Assembly: GCF_014280175.1 (NCBI RefSeq)
Contig: NZ_CP047931.1
Coordinates: 2,160,001 to 2,192,000, forward strand
Source: Synechococcus sp. A15-28
GTDB taxonomy: Bacteria; Cyanobacteriota; Cyanobacteriia; PCC-6307; Cyanobiaceae
Length of the DNA stretch: 32,000 bases
Direction: 5' to 3'
Shown: in pieces, positions 17,992 to 25,953 of the stretch
How positions within the stretch are numbered: the first letter of the stretch is position 1
How the letters are laid out: the number at the start of each line of letters is the position of its first letter
Translations under genes and position numbers: made by a program
Notes under the pieces: model-generated
The model's input: only the letters and a program-made list of their open reading frames with translations
What the model was told of the DNA's origin: nothing
Databases searched by the model: none

Positions 17992-19740
17992 ATGGTCGTT
18001 GCTGCCGCTGCTCCAAAGCTGTCGCTGCAGTGCGAGACCATCGCCGGGGACACCAGCACGATCCGTTCGCTCGACTGGGATCGCAGCCGCTTTGACATTG
18101 AGTTCGGCCTGCGCAACGGCACCACCTACAACGCCTTTCTGGTGCGCGGAGAACGCACCGCCCTGATCGACACCAGTCACGCCAAGTTCCGCGACACCTG
18201 GATCCCTCTGCTTCAGGAACAGATCGATCCGGCGGCCATTGATGTCCTGATCGTGAGCCACACCGAACCGGATCACTCCGGTTTGATCGGTGATCTGATC
18301 GACCTCAACCCCGAGATCGAGATCGTCGGCTCGAAGGTGGCGCTGCAGTTCCTCCAGGACCAGGTACACCGGCCCTTCAAATCCCGTGCGGTGAAATCCG
18401 GGGAGGAGCTGGATCTTGGCACCAACCCAGACAGCGGTATCCAGCATCGCTTTGAGTTCCTCAGCGCCCCGAACCTGCACTGGCCGGACACGATATTCTC
18501 CTTCGATCACGGCACCGGCATCCTCTACACCTGCGATGCCTTCGGCCTCCACTACTGCTCCGACGACGTCTTCGACGCCGACCCCGGCGCCATCGCTCCG
18601 GATTTCCGCTTCTACTACGACTGCCTGATGGGGCCCAATGCCCGCAGCGTGCTGCAGGCCCTCAAGCGCATGGATGGCCTTCCGGAGATCAACACGATCG
18701 CCGTTGGCCATGGGCCCTTGCTGCGCCACCACCTAAGCCACTGGGTGAACGATTACCGGGAGTGGAGTGGTCAACGCAGCAAAGGGGAGAGTTATGCAGC
18801 TGTCTGCTATCTGAGCCAGTACGGCTTCTCGGACCGGATCAGCCAGGCCATCGCCCACGGGATCGGTAAGGCCGAGGCCCATGTGCAGCTGGTGGACCTG
18901 CGGGCCACAGACCCTCAGGAGCTGACGGCCCTGATTGGAGATGCCAAGGCCGTGGTGGTGCCCACTTGGCCGGCGGAACCGGACGGCGAGCTGCAGGCGT
19001 CGATCGGCACCCTGCTGGCCGCCCTCCACCCCAAACAGCTGGTGGGGGTGTTTGATGCCTTCGGCGGCAACGATGAGCCGATTGATGCCGTGGCCGATCA
19101 GCTGCGCAGCCAGGGTCAGAAGCAGGCCTTCGCACCGCTGCGCATCCGTCAGCTGCCGCAGGGGAGCGACTATCAGCGCTGCGAGGAATCCGGCACCGAC
19201 CTCGGCCAGCTGCTCACCAAGGAGAAAGCCATCGCAGCGATGAAGAGCCTGGATGGCGATCTGGACAAAGCCCTGGGGCGGATCAGCGGCGGCTTGTACG
19301 TGGTCACAGCCAGTCAGGGCGATGGGGAAGCCCAGCGCCGCAGCGCCATGGTGGCCAGCTGGGTGAGCCAGGCCAGCTTTGCCCCGCCAGGCCTCACGGT
19401 GGCTGTCGCTAAGGACAGGGCCATCGAAGCCCTGATGCAGGTGGGAGACCGTTTCGTGCTCAACGTGCTGCGGGAGGACAACCACCAGCCGCTGCTGCGC
19501 CATTTTCTCAAGCGCTTTCCACCCGGTGCCGATCGCTTCGCCGGCGTGAACGTGCTGGAGGGAGTTGCCGATGGTGGCCCCGTCCTGACCGATGCCCTCG
19601 CCTATCTCGGCTGCCGGGTGGAGCAGCGGATGGAAGGACCCGATCACTGGATCATCTACGCGGTGGTGGAGCAGGGCAATGTGGCCGATGCCGAGGCCAG
19701 TACCGCCGTGCACCACCGCAAAGTGGGCAACCACTACTGA
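17992..19740 (+). CDS. flv3: flavodiiron protein with C-terminal flavin reductase domain, Flv3-type (canonical di-iron ligands)
   Basis: VLIVSHTEPDHSG (HxExDH), LHWPD, TCDAFG and AVGHGPLL ligands; flavodoxin-like SQYGFSDRISQAIAHG; C-terminal flavin reductase-like AMVASWVSQASFAPPGLTVAVAKDRAIE. Start ATG at 17992. Confidence 0.9.
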   Translation: MVVAAAAPKLSLQCETIAGDTSTIRSLDWDRSRFDIEFGLRNGTTYNAFLVRGERTALIDTSHAKFRDTWIPLLQEQIDPAAIDVLIVSHTEPDHSGLIGDLIDLNPEIEIVGSKVALQFLQDQVHRPFKSRAVKSGEELDLGTNPDSGIQHRFEFLSAPNLHWPDTIFSFDHGTGILYTCDAFGLHYCSDDVFDADPGAIAPDFRFYYDCLMGPNARSVLQALKRMDGLPEINTIAVGHGPLLRHHLSHWVNDYREWSGQRSKGESYAAVCYLSQYGFSDRISQAIAHGIGKAEAHVQLVDLRATDPQELTALIGDAKAVVVPTWPAEPDGELQASIGTLLAALHPKQLVGVFDAFGGNDEPIDAVADQLRSQGQKQAFAPLRIRQLPQGSDYQRCEESGTDLGQLLTKEKAIAAMKSLDGDLDKALGRISGGLYVVTASQGDGEAQRRSAMVASWVSQASFAPPGLTVAVAKDRAIEALMQVGDRFVLNVLREDNHQPLLRHFLKRFPPGADRFAGVNVLEGVADGGPVLTDALAYLGCRVEQRMEGPDHWIIYAVVEQGNVADAEASTAVHHRKVGNHY

Positions 19741-21542
19741 TGAGCGTGACCAGCACCATCTCCGAGCGGCGCACGCTCCAACTCCCGATCGACGACGGTG
19801 TTGTTGCCCTGCGTGGGTTGAGCCCCCAGCGCCACCGCTTCGAACTGGAATATGCCCTGGAGCGCGGCAGCACTGCCAACAGCGTGCTGTTTGCAGCCGG
19901 GGATGACCAACCGGCTGTTCTGGTGCACCCTCCCGGAGCCACCTACAGCGCTGCCTTCCTGCCGGTTCTGGCGGAACAATTGCCCGATGCGTCCGAGCCG
20001 CTGTTGGTGGTGGTGGGGCACGTCAACCCCAACAGGGTCGCGCTGCTGCGCAGCCTTGCTGAGGCCTACGCAGGTCTGGAGCTGATCACCTCCAATGCAG
20101 GGGCCAAATTGCTGGAGGAACTGTGGACGCTCAGGAAGCCTGCACCACCAGGGGAAGAGCAGAAACAACCACCGCTGCCGGATCTGCCGCCGCTGCGGGT
20201 GATTCGCCACGAGCAAACCCTGGCCATGGCACAAGGGCGCAGCCTGCAGCTGCTCGCCACACCGACTCCGCGATGGCCTGGCGGCCTGCTCGCCTTTGAG
20301 CAAAGCCTGGGACTGCTGATGAGCGATAAGTTCTTCAGCGCCCATCTCTGCACAAAGGACTGGGCCGAAACCAACCGCACCAGCACGGAAGAGGAACGGC
20401 GTCACTTCTACGACTGCCTGATGGCGCCGATGGCCCGTCAAGTGGAAGGGGTCGTGGATCGGCTGGAGGAGCTGGACATCCGCACCATTGCCCCAGGCCA
20501 TGGCCCTGCCATCGAAGTCAGCTGGCGCAGCCTGCTGAGTGATTACCGCCGCTGGGGAGAAAGCCAGCAGAACGCCAGCCTGAATGTGGCTCTGCTGTTT
20601 GCCAGCGCCTACGGCAACACTGCGGCGATCGCCGATGCCCTAGCCCAAGGTGTGAGCCGCACCGGCATCCGGGTGGACAGCCTCAATTGCGAGTTCACTC
20701 CTGCCGATGAACTGATCGACACCATTCAGCAGGCCGATGCTGTTCTGATCGGATCGCCCACCCTGGGCGGCCATGCCCCCACCCCCATCGTTTCAGCCCT
20801 GGGAACCCTGCTGGCGGAGGGAGATCGCAGCAAGCCGGTGGGGGTGTTCGGCAGCTTCGGCTGGAGCGGCGAAGCCGTAGACCTGCTGGAGACCAAGCTT
20901 CGAGATGGCGGCTTCAGCTTCGGATTCGAGCCGATCCGTGTGAAATTCAGCCCCGACGCCACGAAGGTGAAGGAGCTCGAGGAAATCGGCACCCGCTTTG
21001 GTCGGCAGCTGCTCCAGGCTCAGAAAAAGACGCAGCGGCGCAGTGCTGGCGGCCTCAGTGAAAGCCGAAGCGATCCTGCGGTCCTTGCCCTCGGCCGGGT
21101 CATCGGCTCCCTTTGTGTGCTCACAACCCGCAAGGGAGAGCTCAGCGGAGCCATGGTGGCAAGTTGGGTCAGCCAGGCCAGCTTCACTCCCCCTGGGATC
21201 ACCGTGGCCGTAGCCAAGGACAGGGCTGTGGAAGCACTCCTTCACAAGGGCGACCGCTTTGCGCTGAATGTGTTGGCGGAAGGTCGGGAAACCAATCCGA
21301 TGAAGCAATTCCTGCAGCCCTTCGCACCTGGTGCTGACCGCTTTGCCGGACTTGAGCTCCAGGAGAGCCCCGGCGATCAACCGCTGTTGCCGGAGGCACT
21401 GGCGTGGTTGGAGGGCAGCGTGAAACAGCGCATGGAATGCGGCGACCACTGGCTGGTGTATGCGGAAGTGCTCCATGGAGGCCTGTTCGATCCAACCGGA
21501 TCAACCGCCGTTCACCAACGCAGAAGCGGGGCCAACTATTAA
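19740..21542 (+). CDS. flv1: flavodiiron protein with C-terminal flavin reductase domain, Flv1-type (non-canonical di-iron site)
   Basis: Same architecture as the upstream gene, but VLVVGHVNPNRVALL replaces HxExDH and LLMSDKFFSAHLC replaces the CDAFG Asp segment. The flavodoxin ASAYGNTAAIADAL and flavin reductase SQASFTPPGITVAVAKDRAVE segments are present. It overlaps the upstream stop by 1 nt (TGATG). Confidence 0.88.
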   Translation: MSVTSTISERRTLQLPIDDGVVALRGLSPQRHRFELEYALERGSTANSVLFAAGDDQPAVLVHPPGATYSAAFLPVLAEQLPDASEPLLVVVGHVNPNRVALLRSLAEAYAGLELITSNAGAKLLEELWTLRKPAPPGEEQKQPPLPDLPPLRVIRHEQTLAMAQGRSLQLLATPTPRWPGGLLAFEQSLGLLMSDKFFSAHLCTKDWAETNRTSTEEERRHFYDCLMAPMARQVEGVVDRLEELDIRTIAPGHGPAIEVSWRSLLSDYRRWGESQQNASLNVALLFASAYGNTAAIADALAQGVSRTGIRVDSLNCEFTPADELIDTIQQADAVLIGSPTLGGHAPTPIVSALGTLLAEGDRSKPVGVFGSFGWSGEAVDLLETKLRDGGFSFGFEPIRVKFSPDATKVKELEEIGTRFGRQLLQAQKKTQRRSAGGLSESRSDPAVLALGRVIGSLCVLTTRKGELSGAMVASWVSQASFTPPGITVAVAKDRAVEALLHKGDRFALNVLAEGRETNPMKQFLQPFAPGADRFAGLELQESPGDQPLLPEALAWLEGSVKQRMECGDHWLVYAEVLHGGLFDPTGSTAVHQRRSGANY

Positions 21543-21544
21543 TG

Positions 21545-21577
21545 AGCTCTAACTCATAGTCGGTATGAGTTAGAGCT
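21545..21577. promoter_or_regulatory. Perfect 14-bp inverted repeat (hairpin or operator) between flv1 and the rubrerythrin gene
   Basis: AGCTCTAACTCATA - GTCGG - TATGAGTTAGAGCT; the arms are exact reverse complements. It begins 2 nt after the flv1 stop and ends 26 nt before the rubrerythrin ATG. It is not followed by a T-tract. Confidence 0.85.
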
Positions 21578-21603
21578 AGTCTCAGGTTGAGCTTTCATTC
21601 GTC

Positions 21604-22317
21604 ATGGATCTGTCCAAACCCTCCACCCAGGCCAATCTCGAGGCTGCCTTTGGCGGGGAGAGCATGGCCAACCGCAAATACCTGTTCTTCGCCGATGTAG
21701 CCAAGAAGCTCGGCCACAACGCCCTCGCCAAGCTGTTTCGCGAGACCGCAGCCCAGGAAACCGAGCACGCTTTCGCCCATTTCCGCCTGCTCCATCCGGA
21801 GCTGGTGATCGACGAAGCCAGCAGCCTCGGCGATGAGCAGAAACAGGGGATGCTGCGTCGCTGCCTCGAGCTGGCGATTGAAGGGGAGACTTACGAGTAC
21901 ACAACGATGTACCCGGAATTCGCTGCTCAGGCCCTTCAGGACCGAGACCGTAGAGCCGAAGCAGAGTTCGCTGAGCAAAGCCGCGAATCCTTAGAGCATG
22001 CCGGCACTTTTCGAACGGCTGCCAAGAATTTCGGTCTTCTGACCCCGATCGAACAGCATCACGCTGCAACCTATGGCGTTGCCCTCGATGCACTCCAAGG
22101 CAAGGGAACTGCAGGCCATGCCGAGCAGCCCATCCCGGGCAAATGGATCTGCAAGGTCTGCTCAATGATCTATGACCCTGTGGCTGGCGATCCCGACTCC
22201 GGCATCGCTCCTGGCACTGCCTTTGAACAAATTCCCGACGATTGGCGATGCCCGATCTGCGGCGCAAACAAGGCCAACTTTATTCCTTATCGAGAGGCCG
22301 AATTGAAACCAGCCTGA
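21604..22317 (+). CDS. rubrerythrin family protein with C-terminal rubredoxin-like domain
   Basis: [27 protein letters not shown]...[14 protein letters not shown] (di-iron ferritin-like) plus [12 protein letters not shown]...[15 protein letters not shown] (two CxxC rubredoxin knuckles). Confidence 0.95.
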   Translation: MDLSKPSTQANLEAAFGGESMANRKYLFFADVAKKLGHNALAKLFRETAAQETEHAFAHFRLLHPELVIDEASSLGDEQKQGMLRRCLELAIEGETYEYTTMYPEFAAQALQDRDRRAEAEFAEQSRESLEHAGTFRTAAKNFGLLTPIEQHHAATYGVALDALQGKGTAGHAEQPIPGKWICKVCSMIYDPVAGDPDSGIAPGTAFEQIPDDWRCPICGANKANFIPYREAELKPA

Positions 22318-22344
22318 AGCCATTGCCCGAAGGCATGCGTTATT

Positions 22345-23172
22345 TCAATGAAATAACGCAACAACACAGAACGACAGAGCAAAGCCGATACCACCGAGGA
22401 GGCTAACTGCATCCTGGGTTTCCTCATAAGCCTCAGGAATAACGGTTTGCAGTGTCATCGCTAGGACGCCCCCACCAGCGAATGCTGTGAACATTGCCTT
22501 GATTGAGTTTGGAGCAGACGCCAACAGAGAATGAGCCAAACCTGCAGAAACAACGCAAACCAGCACAACAGCAGACCAAGTCAAGATGATCTGACGAATG
22601 CCAATTCCGGAACGCGCGAGACCTGCTCCGCTCGTCATTCCTTCAGGAATATTAGCTACGGCGACAGCTGTAACAACCGAGAAGCTAACAAGTGGATTAT
22701 CCAAAAGCGAAATGCCAATACTAATTGACTCTGGAATCCCATCAATAGCTGCACCAAATAATAGCGCAATCGCAGTAGCCTTTTCCTTCTGCTGAGATGA
22801 TGTTAGAGCGCCAATACCACCACAAGCCGCAGAACAACGCCGAGCAACGCCTCTTGCTGCGACCATTCGGTTTAACAATACATAGCTGAGAAGGCCTAGT
22901 GAAAAACCAGATAAAGCCGGAATAATTCCACCTGTGTCGAGTGCGACCTTCATCAGATCAAAGCACAACAGTGAAATCAGTAAGCCACAACTAAAGGCCA
23001 AGATCATGGCCGTCACTCTTCTCGATGGCTGAACGATGGCTCCGAAGTAGGCAGATATCACCGCAGAAACCATCGCTACAAACGACCAAAACATCGCGTC
23101 GACAGCGGACCCACTTCCCCCTTGGATTAGCTCTGAGTAACCAGCCTGCATAAAAAGGGGCTCAACCAACAT
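22345..23172 (-). CDS. ZIP-family metal permease-like transporter
   Basis: LLFGAAIDGIPESISIGISLLDN and VAVANIPEGMTSGAGLARSG match the ZIP TM4/TM5 HN..PEG-like pattern. Multiple TM helices; likely ATG at 23172 (the ORF extends to a TTG at 23190). Markedly lower GC than its neighbours. Confidence 0.8.
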   Translation of the reverse strand: MLVEPLFMQAGYSELIQGGSGSAVDAMFWSFVAMVSAVISAYFGAIVQPSRRVTAMILAFSCGLLISLLCFDLMKVALDTGGIIPALSGFSLGLLSYVLLNRMVAARGVARRCSAACGGIGALTSSQQKEKATAIALLFGAAIDGIPESISIGISLLDNPLVSFSVVTAVAVANIPEGMTSGAGLARSGIGIRQIILTWSAVVLVCVVSAGLAHSLLASAPNSIKAMFTAFAGGGVLAMTLQTVIPEAYEETQDAVSLLGGIGFALSFCVVALFH

Positions 23173-23425
23173 CTTTCCCGCACAATTCAATGCCTATACG
23201 TCTTAGCCAGAATTCTCACCGAGACCATGTTTTTAACTTGCGACCCAAGCAGGCCCCGCAAGGTCAAGAGCCATGTCAACCGTTGCCCACAGACAACACG
23301 ACTATATATCTAGACACTACAGATCCGTGCCAAATTAGGCAAATTAGAGTAAGCCATTAACAAATAAACGAATCGGTCGCAGGAGAGAGCCCGATTTGAA
23401 GAGCCCACAAGGCGAGCTTTGATCC

Positions 23426-23779
23426 CTACCGCGAGGCGGCATTGAAGTCGGCCTGACGCTCGCCCCAAGTGAGCAGCCCACCCAGCACAGGCAATAGCTC
23501 GATCCCGAGGTCCGTCAGCGCGTAATCCACGCGCGGGGGGACCTCGGGGTGAATGGTCCGATGCACCACGCCATCAGCCTCCAGATCACGCAATTGAGAG
23601 GTCAACACCTTCTGACTGACGCCCTCAATCGCCCGCTGCAAATCAGAGAAACGCTGAATGCCATCCACCAGTTCTCGAAGGATGAGTACCTTCCAGCGTC
23701 CCTGAATCACCTTCAGAGCCAGCTCGGCCTTGCACTCGCCCTGGTGCTCTCCATGCTGAAAACCTCTCTGATAGTCCAA
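23426..23779 (-). CDS. HxlR family winged-helix transcriptional regulator
   Basis: ALKVIQGRWKVLILRELVDGIQRFSDLQRAIEGVSQKVLTSQLRDLEADGVVHRTIHPEVPPRVDYALTDLG is the classic HxlR pattern. No ATG start is available; TTG at 23779. Confidence 0.93.
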   Translation of the reverse strand: MDYQRGFQHGEHQGECKAELALKVIQGRWKVLILRELVDGIQRFSDLQRAIEGVSQKVLTSQLRDLEADGVVHRTIHPEVPPRVDYALTDLGIELLPVLGGLLTWGERQADFNAASR

Positions 23780-23879
23780 AGGTCACCGTCCGGACACCAA
23801 CCCACTTTCGCGTGCGTTCTTGTGCAGCCGCGCCGATGACTGCAGGATCGTTCGAACACCTCGAATCGTCTTCCTCTCG

Positions 23880-24395
23880 ATGCCACCGGATCTGATTGTT
23901 GTTGCCGCCAGCAACGGCGAAAACCTCAAGCTGGCCAAACGCTGCGTCAACGCTGCCCGCCAACGCCAAGCCCAGGCCGAGCTCATCGATCTCACCGATC
24001 TGAGCCTTCCGCTTTACACCCCCCGGGCCCAGGCGGTTGGGGCAGGAGCGGATCTCATCAGCCTGCAGGATCGTCTGCACGCTGCCCCCCGCTGGATGAT
24101 CTGCGCACCGGAATACAACGGTTCAATCCCACCGGTACTCAGCAACGCCATTGCCTGGCTCTCCGTGCTGGATGACGATTTCCGCAGCCTGTTCAACGGC
24201 CGCCCCATCGCGATTGGCACCCACTCCGGAGGCGGTGGCATGGAAGTGCTGATTTCCATGCGGATCCAACTCACCCATCTGGGGGCAGACGTGATTGGCC
24301 GGCAGGTCCTCAGCAACTTCAGCAAACCCGCCAAAGACGAAAGCATCGACGATGTCGTGAAGCGTCTGCTGCAACGCCAACCGCTCACGCTGTGA
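23880..24395 (+). CDS. NADPH-dependent FMN reductase family protein
   Basis: MPPDLIVVAASNGENLKLAKRCVNAA... APRWMICAPEYNGSIPPVLSNAIAWLS is the FMN_red motif. ATG at 23880. Confidence 0.88.
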   Translation: MPPDLIVVAASNGENLKLAKRCVNAARQRQAQAELIDLTDLSLPLYTPRAQAVGAGADLISLQDRLHAAPRWMICAPEYNGSIPPVLSNAIAWLSVLDDDFRSLFNGRPIAIGTHSGGGGMEVLISMRIQLTHLGADVIGRQVLSNFSKPAKDESIDDVVKRLLQRQPLTL

Positions 24396-25114
24396 TGACC
24401 CAACCCAACCTGCTGATCCGCCCCGCAGCTGAACGCTTCCACAGCCAGAGGGACAGGCTGGAGTCCTGGCACACCTTTTCATTCTCCAATCACTTCGATC
24501 CTGCCTGGACAGGCTTCGGCCCCCTGCTGGTGATCAATGACGACACCATTGCTGCAGGGCAAGGATTTGGCATGCACCCGCACCGGGATATGGAGATCAT
24601 CACGGTGATGGTGGAGGGTCAGATCAACCACCACGACTCCATGGGCAACGCCGAAGTGCTGCGGGCTGGCGAAGTGCAACGCATGAGCGCTGGCACGGGG
24701 ATCGTTCACAGTGAAATGAACCAGGGTGAGTCGCTCTGTCGTCTTCTGCAGATCTGGATTGAACCTGTCCACAAGGGTCTTGAGCCCTCCTACGAGCAAC
24801 GCCACATCGAAGTCGGCAAGGCCTGGACACCGCTTCTGAATCCAGACCCGAGCCAGGGGGCCATGGCCATCGACCGGCCGGTACGGCTCTGGCGGGCGCA
24901 ACCCAATCATGGGCAGGAGCTCATCTTGCCTGAGGAGAGTGGTGACACCCTTTGGCTGCAACTGATCAACGGCTCCGTCCAGCTGGAAGGCATTGATGGC
25001 GATGCCCCTGATGCGCTCCATTGCGGTGATGGCCTGGGAATACGAAACCAACGGGATTGGACCCTGACGAGCCAGACCGACGACACCGATCTTTTGTTGT
25101 TCAGCCTGGCCTGA
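24395..25114 (+). CDS. pirin family protein
   Basis: SWHTFSFSNHFDPAWTGFGPLLVINDDTIAAGQGFGMHPHRDMEIITVMVEGQINHHDSMGNAEVLRAGEVQRMSAGTGIVHSEMN carries the pirin metal-ligand histidines (HPHRDMEI, HHDSMG, HSEMN). It overlaps the FMN reductase stop by 1 nt. Confidence 0.95.
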   Translation: MTQPNLLIRPAAERFHSQRDRLESWHTFSFSNHFDPAWTGFGPLLVINDDTIAAGQGFGMHPHRDMEIITVMVEGQINHHDSMGNAEVLRAGEVQRMSAGTGIVHSEMNQGESLCRLLQIWIEPVHKGLEPSYEQRHIEVGKAWTPLLNPDPSQGAMAIDRPVRLWRAQPNHGQELILPEESGDTLWLQLINGSVQLEGIDGDAPDALHCGDGLGIRNQRDWTLTSQTDDTDLLLFSLA

Positions 25115-25359
25115 ACCGCCACATGTGGATTCATGCCCAAATGACAACGCAGTAATGCTTGATACGTTTACGCGTCGTACAGGTCACATGTGTTGTCTTG
25201 CAAAGGATCTCGTCGACGACAAATTTCAGAATCGCGCCCCAGCTTCAGGCTTTGAGGCGTTGATCCCAAAGACATTCGGGCAATGCGAGCCACACCAGAT
25301 CTGGTGCCTTCAAATGACAAGGTCACAACAACAGACTCCCAAGAGCGATGGGATTCCCG

Positions 25360-25554
25360 ATGAGCCATGAGGCCGTGGTGCGATACCGCGGCTACCTTCT
25401 GCTGCCTCAGACCAATCAAAGCTGGCTGGTACGCCCGGAACGCAGTCCAATGCAGCTGTTGCCATTTCGAACGCCGACCTGCTCGCTGGCCGACGTCAAA
25501 GCGCTATTGGACTGGAGACTGTCGCAAGAACGATCAGAGATCGGGGTGGCCTGA
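25360..25554 (+). CDS. small conserved-looking hypothetical protein
   Basis: 64 aa: MSHEAVVRYRGYLLLPQTNQSWLVRPERSPMQLLPFRTPTCSLADVKALLDWRLSQERSEIGVA. Globular-looking composition with no better ORF on the other strand, but no database confirmation. Confidence 0.55.
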   Translation: MSHEAVVRYRGYLLLPQTNQSWLVRPERSPMQLLPFRTPTCSLADVKALLDWRLSQERSEIGVA

Positions 25555-25555
25555 A

Positions 25556-25807
25556 TCAGGCCGCCGCAGGTGGCGGCGTGGGATCGCCCAGGGGTTGTAA
25601 TGGAATCACCAGGGTGGCCCAATGGTCGGGTCGCTCTGGCCGAGGGCGACGCGACTGGCGCACGCCGAAGGGCACACGCAGCACATTGGTTCCTTCGATT
25701 GGCAAGGTATGGCCTCGGTTCAGCGCCGACTGCAGGCCTTCAGGCAGTTGGGGCAGATCCGGACCGTGTACTGATCCTGCGGATTTGCTGATGTCGCTCC
25801 GATCCAT
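25556..25807 (-). CDS. small hypothetical protein
   Basis: 83 aa from the ATG at 25807 (MDRSDISKSAGSVHGPDLPQLPEG...RPDHWATLVIPLQPLGDPTPPPAAA). Its stop is 1 nt from the stop of the convergent small ORF. Confidence 0.5.
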   Translation of the reverse strand: MDRSDISKSAGSVHGPDLPQLPEGLQSALNRGHTLPIEGTNVLRVPFGVRQSRRPRPERPDHWATLVIPLQPLGDPTPPPAAA

Positions 25808-25953
25808 GGTGTCCCCCGACAGACGAATCAGTTGCCGAAAAGTTTGACTGAAATTGAACAAACAACTGGTCAATCCAAATCATCTTTTCGGTTTTCAGTG
25901 AAAATTTACACGCCGGGGGGCAAAAGCACCAGCCCGAACTGGCAAGTCGCCCC

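Noticed and set aside
18733-19734. 333-aa - strand ORF antisense to flv3, and 17929-18732 -
   Set aside because: Shadow ORFs of a strongly supported flavodiiron gene; no recognisable motif.
25125-25419. 81-aa + and 83-aa - ORFs in the spacer after pirin
   Set aside because: No domain-like sequence, and they overlap each other and the small ORF at 25360; non-coding is more likely.
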